A program made the position numbers and the translations under genes. DNA of 64,000 nucleotides from Patescibacteria group bacterium (GTDB taxonomy: Bacteria > Patescibacteriota > CPR2 > UBA1875): positions 32,001-96,000 of the forward strand of contig JBGSRK010000010.1 in assembly GCA_041737595.1 (NCBI GenBank), read 5' to 3'. A model generated the notes under the pieces. The model saw nothing but the letters and a program-made list of their open reading frames with translations. It had not been told where the DNA came from and ran no database searches. Below are positions 56,670 to 64,000 of this stretch, piece by piece; the stretch's first letter is position 1, and the number at the start of each line of letters is the position of its first letter.

Positions 56670-58625
56670 TTGATTAAACTAAAAACTGAAGAGTTAAAAA
56701 AACTATTAACTAGCAATCATCTTATTACCGATGCAAAAATTATTGAGATTGAAAAGCTTGCCGAAAGCCAACATAAATCTTTTCAAGATATGCTAGTAGA
56801 TAAGAAAGTGATTACTGAAAAAGACCTAGTAAAAATTTATGGTCAAGCTTTTGACATTCCATATATTGATCTCTCACAAATTGAAGTTAAAAAAGATATT
56901 TTAAATAGGCTATCAGAAAAAATTGCTAGAAGATACCAAGCGGTTGTTTTTGATGAAGAAGAAGGTGCACTTTCACTAGCAATGGCAGACCCATTAGATG
57001 TTCAAGCTGAACAATTTATAGAAAAAGAGTTAGGATATTCAACAAAAGTATATATATCATCATCTTCAGATATTTCCCAAATTTTAGATTTATATAAAGA
57101 AGGAATATCTTCAGAAATTTCAAAAGTAATTAAAGATACAGAAGAAATTTCAATAGACGAAGAAGGTATAGAAGAAAATGCTTCTGCAGAAAATGTACAA
57201 GAAATTGTTCAAGAAGCCCCAATAGCAAGAGCTTTAAATATAGTTTTAGAATATGCAGCTAAATCAAGAGCCTCTGATATCCATATTGAACCAAGAGAAG
57301 GTTTTATACAGGTTAGATTTAGAGTTGATGGCATTCTTCAAGACACAATGACACTCCCAAGACAGATTCTTTCAGCAATTGTTACAAGAATTAAAATTTT
57401 ATCAAACCTAAGAATTGATGAACACCGAATCCCTCAAGATGGGAGAATAAAGATAAAAGTTGGGACAAGAACTATTTCAATTCGTGTTTCAACGCTTCCA
57501 ATTATTGATGGTGAAAAAGTTGTTATGAGACTTTTAGATGAATCAAATAAAGCTCCAACTCTTGAGGAACTTGGTTTTTCTGGAATGGCACTTTTGGGTA
57601 TAAAAACAGCCCTATCACAACCACATGGTATGCTTCTCGTAACAGGACCAACGGGTTCTGGAAAATCGACAACGCTTTATTCAGCAATTTCTATGCTTAA
57701 TTCAATGGAAGTAAATATTTCTACTGTTGAAGACCCTATTGAATATAAAATACCAGGGGTAAACCAAACTCAAGCAAATGTAAAAGCAGGGATGACTTTT
57801 GCTTCTGGTTTGAGAGCCCTTTTAAGACAAGATCCTGACATAATAATGGTAGGTGAAGTAAGAGATAAGGAAACTGCCGAAATGGCTGTCCACGCTGCCC
57901 TAACAGGTCATGTGGTTCTTTCTACTCTTCATACAAACAATGCGGCTGGTTGTCTCCCAAGACTTTTAGATATGGAAGTTGAACCTTTTCTTATTGCCTC
58001 AACCGTTAATGCTGTAATTGGCCAAAGATTAGTAAGAAAACTTTGTCCAGAATGTCGAGAGGCATATCAAGTATCTAAAGAAGAAATTGAGGAAATTATT
58101 AATGCTTTCGACCTCGATCGTAATTTCCTTTCCACTACTCCTCCAAAAGAAGCTATACGTGAAATACAAAAAGTTACAGCAAATTATGGTGAAAAAATAA
58201 TTGCAGCCCCAAAAACAATTACTCAAAAAGAATCAATATTAGATCGAATTGCAAAAGACCCTAATATAATTAATCGTTCTCTTTCTGAAGCGGACAAAAA
58301 TGAAGGTGTATCAATTGGAGAAACTATATTTTCAAATGAAGATAAAAAAAGTGTATCGCATAATCACGAACTTTCATTAACACTTTATCGGGCAAAAGGG
58401 TGTAAAAAGTGCGCATCTACTGGCTATTTGGGAAGAGTTGGAATATATGAGGTACTTCAAGTGACAGAAAAAATTGGCTCAATGATAATTTCCCATGCTT
58501 CAACAGATACAATTCAAAAAGAAGCAGTAACAGGTGGAATGGTTACAATGGCACAAGATGGATTTATTAAATCATTAATCGGAGTAACGAGTGTTGAGGA
58601 AGTAATGAGAGTCACAAGAGAATAA
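56670..58625 (+). CDS. pilB: Type IV pilus assembly ATPase PilB/GspE
   Basis: ASDIHIEP, GPTGSGKSTT, LRQDPD, TGH..STLHTN, two CxxC; TTG at 56670 after GGAGGGG. Confidence 0.93.
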   Translation: MIKLKTEELKKLLTSNHLITDAKIIEIEKLAESQHKSFQDMLVDKKVITEKDLVKIYGQAFDIPYIDLSQIEVKKDILNRLSEKIARRYQAVVFDEEEGALSLAMADPLDVQAEQFIEKELGYSTKVYISSSSDISQILDLYKEGISSEISKVIKDTEEISIDEEGIEENASAENVQEIVQEAPIARALNIVLEYAAKSRASDIHIEPREGFIQVRFRVDGILQDTMTLPRQILSAIVTRIKILSNLRIDEHRIPQDGRIKIKVGTRTISIRVSTLPIIDGEKVVMRLLDESNKAPTLEELGFSGMALLGIKTALSQPHGMLLVTGPTGSGKSTTLYSAISMLNSMEVNISTVEDPIEYKIPGVNQTQANVKAGMTFASGLRALLRQDPDIIMVGEVRDKETAEMAVHAALTGHVVLSTLHTNNAAGCLPRLLDMEVEPFLIASTVNAVIGQRLVRKLCPECREAYQVSKEEIEEIINAFDLDRNFLSTTPPKEAIREIQKVTANYGEKIIAAPKTITQKESILDRIAKDPNIINRSLSEADKNEGVSIGETIFSNEDKKSVSHNHELSLTLYRAKGCKKCASTGYLGRVGIYEVLQVTEKIGSMIISHASTDTIQKEAVTGGMVTMAQDGFIKSLIGVTSVEEVMRVTRE

Positions 58626-58626
58626 T

Positions 58627-59835
58627 ATGAAAACATATAACTATTTAGCAAAAAATAATAAGGGTGAAATTTCCAAAGGTTCATTAGAAGCTGAAAATAA
58701 TGAATCAGCAGCAGAAGCAATAGAAAACCAATCACTTACACCAATTTCAATAAAAGCAAAAGAGAAAACAGATGTAATCGCTTATATAAATACAATTGGC
58801 TCAATCCCTACTTCAGAAAAAGTAATGTTTGCAAAACAACTTGCAACTTTAATTTCTGCTGGAATTCCTATTTCACAATCAATGCATATTTTAGAATCTC
58901 AAACTCAAAATGATAAATTAAAAAAAGCAGTTGTTGAGATTGCAGCTGATATTGAGGGGGGTCTTTCACTTTCTTCAGCGATGGAAAAACAAAAAGGTGT
59001 TTTTAATGCATTGTATGTAAGTATGATAAAGGCTGGTGAAGTCGGGGGGATTCTTGAACAAACTCTTGAAAAAATTTCTGAAGAGATTGAAAAAGAACAT
59101 GACCTTGTAGTAAAAATTAGAGGAGCAATGGCTTACCCTGCAGTTATATTTGTTGCAATGATTGGGGTTGTAATATATATGGTTACCTCTATTATTCCTC
59201 AAATTGGAAAAATATTCGGAGAATTAGGTGGTAAATTACCCGCAAGTACCCAATTTATGATGGATTTGAGTGAGATAATTAAGAATTATGGTATTTTAAT
59301 CGCAATTGGAATTGCATTCTCAATTTTTGGAATTAGAATTCTATTAAAACGTAATGATAAATTTAGATATAATTTCCATAAAATTCTAAATAAACTCCCA
59401 TTATTTGGCAAATTAATTGTTAAGGTTAATGTTTCTAGATTTTCAAGAACACTTGGATCGCTTCTTTCTTCTGGGGTAACGGTTCTTGAGGCTATGAAAG
59501 TTGCTGCAAATACAATCCAAAATGAAGTTTTTAGAAAAGAAATAAAAGAAGCCGCAGAAAAAGTAAAAAATGGCTCCTCTGTTGCAGATTCACTAAAAAA
59601 TTCTAAAAATTTTCCTATGATTGTTTCTCAGATGATTGCCGTTGGAGAAGAAACTGGAACAATGGATAAAATATTAGATAAACTCACCGAATATTATGAA
59701 AAGGAAATTTCGAATGCTGTGGGAACACTTTCAAGTCTTATAGAGCCATTAATGATGATCATTGCAGGTATTGTTGTAGGGTTTATTGTTATATCAGTTA
59801 TATCTCCAATATATGAGATGGGTAATTTATTTTAA
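58627..59835 (+). CDS. pilC: Type IV pilus platform protein PilC
   Basis: GEVGGIL, AMAYP, VGEETG, LIEP. Confidence 0.93.
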   Translation: MKTYNYLAKNNKGEISKGSLEAENNESAAEAIENQSLTPISIKAKEKTDVIAYINTIGSIPTSEKVMFAKQLATLISAGIPISQSMHILESQTQNDKLKKAVVEIAADIEGGLSLSSAMEKQKGVFNALYVSMIKAGEVGGILEQTLEKISEEIEKEHDLVVKIRGAMAYPAVIFVAMIGVVIYMVTSIIPQIGKIFGELGGKLPASTQFMMDLSEIIKNYGILIAIGIAFSIFGIRILLKRNDKFRYNFHKILNKLPLFGKLIVKVNVSRFSRTLGSLLSSGVTVLEAMKVAANTIQNEVFRKEIKEAAEKVKNGSSVADSLKNSKNFPMIVSQMIAVGEETGTMDKILDKLTEYYEKEISNAVGTLSSLIEPLMMIIAGIVVGFIVISVISPIYEMGNLF

Positions 59836-59911
59836 TATTGATTTGACATTAAAGAGTAAAGTTATCATAATTTAGAAGTAACTCAAAATGAGTTAGAAAG
59901 GGGGTGAAAAA

Positions 59912-60292
59912 ATGAAAAAAGGTTTTACGCTTATCGAGCTTCTTATCGTAATCGTGATCATCGGCATTCTTGCCGTGATTGTTGTTGGATTGGTGGCCAC
60001 CAATAGCAAGAATCGTGCGAACGACGCGCGCAAAAAATCAATTATGCGCGAAGTTCAAACTGCACTTGAACAATATATGATTGATAATGACACTTATCCT
60101 GCAGATATAGCTACGCTATATACGGATAATGATTATCTAACTGAGGCCCCTGAAGTAATAGATGAAGATGCTTATGGGTATGTTACTGCAAATGATGATA
60201 CAGAATATACTCTAACCGTTGATATGTCTAATGCTAATGATAAAGGACCAAACGTTGAAGATGGTGTTTATACATTAACTCAAAAGCAATAG
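59912..60292 (+). CDS. Type IV pilin (probable major pilin)
   Basis: MKKG|FTLIELLIVIVIIGILA; own promoter (TTGACA-17 bp-CATAAT), strong SD and downstream terminator. Confidence 0.92.
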   Translation: MKKGFTLIELLIVIVIIGILAVIVVGLVATNSKNRANDARKKSIMREVQTALEQYMIDNDTYPADIATLYTDNDYLTEAPEVIDEDAYGYVTANDDTEYTLTVDMSNANDKGPNVEDGVYTLTQKQ

Positions 60293-60301
60293 TTTAAATT
60301 C

Positions 60302-60333
60302 AAAAACTCCCAAGGATTTCTGCGGGAGTTTTT
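60302..60333 (+). terminator. Terminator after the major pilin
   Basis: AAAAACTCCC...GGGAGTTTTT. Confidence 0.65.
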
Positions 60334-60373
60334 GAATTATCAAATCCGCTGTATAATAATAAAGGGGGATACA

Positions 60374-60781
60374 ATAATTAAAAACTCAAAATTAAAAATT
60401 AAAAATTTTAAACATGGATTTACTCTTCTTGAAATCATTATTCTTCTTTCTATTATTTCTATAATGATGTCTGGAATATTAACTCTTTTTTTTAATGTAA
60501 TCACAGTAAATAAATCAGCTGAATATTATTCAACCGCATACAAATTAATGGATTCAAAAATTGAAGAGCTCAGAGGTACTTCTTTTGAAACTATAATAGA
60601 TGATACTTATCAAATATCTGAATTACCTCAAGGGGAAGGAATAATAAGTATATCCAATGAGATTGATGGCGCTCCCCAATCAGATATTATAAAAGTAGAT
60701 TTAAATATTTCTTGGTATTTTAAGAAAAAAAATCAAATTAGAGAAGTCACATATATTACTAAGGGTGGAATAAAAAAGTGA
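60374..60781 (+). CDS. Minor pilin (start probably ATA 60374 or ATT 60377)
   Basis: HG|FTLLE prepilin site; AAGGGGG SD 5 nt before ATA; the track's TTG at 60332 lies in the terminator. Confidence 0.8.
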   Translation: MIKNSKLKIKNFKHGFTLLEIIILLSIISIMMSGILTLFFNVITVNKSAEYYSTAYKLMDSKIEELRGTSFETIIDDTYQISELPQGEGIISISNEIDGAPQSDIIKVDLNISWYFKKKNQIREVTYITKGGIKK

Positions 60782-61371
60782 AATTTCAAATTAAAAATTA
60801 TAAATTAAAAATTATTAAAGGGTTTACCTTAATTGAACTTTTAATTTCAATTTCATTACTTGGGATAATACTTGCGGCAACTGTATCAATTTTTGTCACA
60901 GCATTAAAAAATTACCAGGTTAATTTCCAAAAAAGCACAATGCAAAAAGAAATTAACTTTACTTTAGATTCAATTGGAAATGACATTAAAAGTGGAGCTG
61001 TAATTGAAGGGTCTTATGAAGATTTTGTTAGCTCAGGTAATACTATAATAATTGGGATTCCAGCCGTAGATGATGACAATAATTTTATTTATACTGGAGA
61101 TGCAATAGAACTTGACTATTTTGTTTATTATCAGGCCGGGCAAACAATTAAAAAACATATTTATGCAAACTCTCTAGGCAAAAGAACCGGGCAAGACGGT
61201 AGTGACTATGTAATACTAGATAATTTAAACACTCTTTCTTTCGAATATACACCTGGGTTAGCTTCGGCAAATCAAATTAAAACAACAATTGAAACAGTAA
61301 AAAATATTAGCAATACAAATGTTAAAATGACCGAATCAAAAATTACTAACCTAAGAAATACAAATGAATAA
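60778..61371 (+). CDS. Minor pilin (PilW-like)
   Basis: KG|FTLIELLI. Confidence 0.85.
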   Translation: MKFQIKNYKLKIIKGFTLIELLISISLLGIILAATVSIFVTALKNYQVNFQKSTMQKEINFTLDSIGNDIKSGAVIEGSYEDFVSSGNTIIIGIPAVDDDNNFIYTGDAIELDYFVYYQAGQTIKKHIYANSLGKRTGQDGSDYVILDNLNTLSFEYTPGLASANQIKTTIETVKNISNTNVKMTESKITNLRNTNE

Positions 61372-62722
61372 GATAAAAGAATTAAAACTTAATAAAGGGA
61401 ATGCCTGGGTTGGGATTTTAATTATGTTAGTTATAATAACAGCGCTTGGTCTTTCATTGATTGCAGAAGTATTAGGGACAATTATTGCATCAAAAAAATC
61501 TGCACAAGTTATAACCGCTCAAGCTCTTTGTGATGCCGGAGTTGAAAAAGCAGTTTGGAAATTAAATCATGACACTAGCGGATATACTGGTGAAGATGAT
61601 ATTAATCTAGAAACTGGAATAATTGATATCGAGGTAACAAGTATTGATACTGAAACAAAGAGTGTACTTGTAACATCTTATGTCCCAGATAAAACAGATT
61701 CAAAAGTAACTCGAAAAGTGAGAGCCAAGGTTAAAGCAGATATAAACGAATCAAACATAAGTTTCCATTATGGTGTACAGGTTGGTGGTCTTGGAGTAAC
61801 AATGTCAAATAATTCTAAAATATTTGGGAATGTTTATTCAGATGGGCCAATAATAGGTGGGGGGGGATCTAAGATAACTGGAGATGCTATTTCTTCTGGT
61901 CCGACCGGTAGTATTAGGGGTTCTGGTAATAGCCAAAGAATAACTATTGGGAATGATGCCAGGGCAAATACGCTTCAATATTTAAATATTACAAGAGATG
62001 CTTATTATAATAATATTTCAAGTTCAACTGTAACCGGAATATCATATCCAGGGAGTACCAACCCTACACCCGTTGGATTACCAATCGACCAAAATACTAT
62101 TGATACTTGGGAATCTTGGGCTCAAACTGGTTCAACTTATAATGGTAATTATACTCTTGATGGCAATAATAGCACTCTTGGACCAATAAAAATTAATGGT
62201 AATTTAACTGTAATTAATGGTTCAGTACTTACCATGACTGGGGTTATTTGGGTTACAGGGAATATATCTTTTGCCAATAATGCCGTTATTAAACTTGATC
62301 CATCATTTGGCCAAAATAGTGGGATGATAATTACAGACAGCCCGACAGATAAAGCAACTTACGGTAAAGTTGAAGTTTCAAACAATGTTAGAGTTTGCGG
62401 TTCATATACACTTGACCAGTGTTTAGATGATGACCCACCAGAAAATAATAAAAGTTATATAATGATTCTTTCTACAAATACAGGTTCAACTACCTCAAAC
62501 CCGGCTATTGATGCTGGTAACAATTCTAAGGCCGTAGTATATTATACAACTGTTGGGATGCTTGAGGTTGCAAATAACGGCAGACTTCGAGCAGTTACTG
62601 GTGGTGGGCTTCATCTTTCAAATGGTGCAGAAGTTCAATATGATATTGGGCTGGCGGATGCAAATTTTTCTGGTGGGCCAGGCGGATCATGGGTTTTAAC
62701 AGAATGGCAAATAGTCCATTGA
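61364..62722 (+). CDS. PilX-like pilin with beta-rich C-terminal domain
   Basis: KG|NAWVGILIML, QALCDAGVEKA. Confidence 0.8.
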   Translation: MNKIKELKLNKGNAWVGILIMLVIITALGLSLIAEVLGTIIASKKSAQVITAQALCDAGVEKAVWKLNHDTSGYTGEDDINLETGIIDIEVTSIDTETKSVLVTSYVPDKTDSKVTRKVRAKVKADINESNISFHYGVQVGGLGVTMSNNSKIFGNVYSDGPIIGGGGSKITGDAISSGPTGSIRGSGNSQRITIGNDARANTLQYLNITRDAYYNNISSSTVTGISYPGSTNPTPVGLPIDQNTIDTWESWAQTGSTYNGNYTLDGNNSTLGPIKINGNLTVINGSVLTMTGVIWVTGNISFANNAVIKLDPSFGQNSGMIITDSPTDKATYGKVEVSNNVRVCGSYTLDQCLDDDPPENNKSYIMILSTNTGSTTSNPAIDAGNNSKAVVYYTTVGMLEVANNGRLRAVTGGGLHLSNGAEVQYDIGLADANFSGGPGGSWVLTEWQIVH

Positions 62723-62768
62723 GGAATTTATTCTTTTAAGTTAAAATTAGTTTACTAGGAGGGGTTCA

Positions 62769-63803
62769 ATTAAAGATCTGATTTACAAAAAAAAGGATGT
62801 TTTAGGACTAGATATCGGTGTAAGCACTGTTAAATTTGTCCAGCTTAAAGTTTCTGGCAAATTAACTAAACTGGTCGGTTATGGGAAAATTGAACTCCCT
62901 AAAGATATTATTATTGAAGGGATAATATCAGAACCGGAGAAATTAGCTGATATTCTAACAAAATCATTCAAAACACCTCCTTGGGGTAAAATAACAGCTG
63001 AACGAGTAATTGCCTCTCTCCCGGAATCAAAATTATTCACCCGTATAATAGATTTACCAACTCTAACAAAAAAAGATATTACAGAAGCTATAAAATATGA
63101 AGTGGAACAATCGGTCCCTATCTCTGTAGATGATTTATATATTGATTGGCAAATAATAAATGAAACAAAAGATAAAACTACTGTTTTTCTAGCTGCCGCA
63201 CCTAAAAGTATTGTTAATTCATATATGCAACTTTTTACGCTACTTAATCTTGATCCTATTGCACTTGAAATGTCTCTTGGAGCAATAGCAAGGTCAATGG
63301 TTTCAAATAAACAAAAAATTGAACCAGTTATAATATTTGATATTGGTGATCAATCATCAAATATTGCTGTTTTTGATTCTAATTTACAAGTAACTGGGAG
63401 CCATCCGATTGGTGGTGGGACAATTAGACAACTTCTTGAAAATACTCTAAAAATTTCTGATAAAGAATCATACTTATTAACTAGAGGTGGTATAAAGGGT
63501 AAAACAAAAGAGGCAGATATTATTCGTGCAGAAGTAGATAAATTAATTTTAGAAATTAAAAAGATCGATCAATACTATAAAGAAAAAACCAATTATGATA
63601 AACCTTTAAGTGTTCTAATTTGTGGGGGGCTTGGATTTATGCCAGGTTTACCAGAATATTTAAAAGAACATGGGTATGAATCAAGGGTGGGTAATCCTTG
63701 GGTTAATATATCAATTTATCCAATAAAACCCGTCCCAAAAGAAGAGGTCCCTGGTTATGCAACGGCAATAGGTTTAAGTTTAAGAGGGCTTGAGAATGAT
63801 TAA
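62769..63803 (+). CDS. pilM: Type IV pilus assembly protein PilM (probable ATT start)
   Basis: The frame is open 111 codons upstream of the track start and includes VLGLDIGVSTVKFVQL; later FDIG, CGG, YATAIGLSLRG. Confidence 0.88.
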   Translation: MKDLIYKKKDVLGLDIGVSTVKFVQLKVSGKLTKLVGYGKIELPKDIIIEGIISEPEKLADILTKSFKTPPWGKITAERVIASLPESKLFTRIIDLPTLTKKDITEAIKYEVEQSVPISVDDLYIDWQIINETKDKTTVFLAAAPKSIVNSYMQLFTLLNLDPIALEMSLGAIARSMVSNKQKIEPVIIFDIGDQSSNIAVFDSNLQVTGSHPIGGGTIRQLLENTLKISDKESYLLTRGGIKGKTKEADIIRAEVDKLILEIKKIDQYYKEKTNYDKPLSVLICGGLGFMPGLPEYLKEHGYESRVGNPWVNISIYPIKPVPKEEVPGYATAIGLSLRGLEND

Positions 63804-64000
63804 AGTAAATTTATTACCAGAAGAAGCTAAAGAAAGTATTAACCAAGCTAAAAATAACTCCGCACTTGTAAATATTTTCATAAAAACTGTGTTTTTATTA
63901 TTCTTAACAATAATATTCCTTGGTGGGTTATATTTTTATTATAAAGGTGCTCTAGATTCCAGTGTAAAAGTCCTTACTGAAAAACAAAAATTAATAGACC
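63796..64000 (+). CDS. PilN-like protein (runs off the window)
   Basis: MIKVNLLPEE followed by a TM helix, directly after pilM. Confidence 0.8.
   Translation, partial: MIKVNLLPEEAKESINQAKNNSALVNIFIKTVFLLFLTIIFLGGLYFYYKGALDSSVKVLTEKQKLID

Noticed and set aside
3072-59202. Many 60-156 aa antisense or alternate-frame ORFs inside recognised genes
   Set aside because: They overlap well-supported genes and lack motifs or initiation signals
1-64000. Genetic code 25 (TGA=Gly) as in Gracilibacteria/Absconditabacteria
   Set aside because: Long conserved genes are intact under code 11, GGA is used freely, and TGA ends several genes at expected positions

Overview
AT-rich bacterial DNA using genetic code 11. 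Gene content (fermentative core, DUF5663-like protein, short TsaB, type IV pilus cluster, many leaderless genes) points to a Patescibacteria/CPR chromosome; this is inference. From left to right: a secreted FN3 protein (cut by the window edge), pcrA, and a large minus-strand glycolysis-to-acetate cluster (gap, pgk, tpiA, fba, ppsA, eno, apgM, pfkB, ADP-forming acetate-CoA ligase, four-subunit 2-oxoacid:ferredoxin oxidoreductase). Next come tRNA-Glu with a GIY-YIG gene and duplicated tRNA fragments, a 2222-aa secreted Rhs toxin with an immunity gene behind a structured leader, and a ThiF/methyltransferase/7TM histidine kinase trio. Accessory genes bounded by ~52-bp direct repeats follow, then an acyl-CoA ligase plus esterase, six more tRNAs, gene cassettes stacked at the tRNA-His 3' end, hup-ymdB-rny with a 6S-like RNA, tsaB/tsaE, and a plus-strand type IV pilus operon. 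The most unusual signals are non-coding: two integrase-free cassette arrays with att-like repeats, a conserved structured RNA in tRNA 5' leaders, a riboswitch-like leader on the Rhs gene, and conserved genes that appear to start at ATC/ATT/ATA. All family assignments come from motif recognition by eye; no searches were run.
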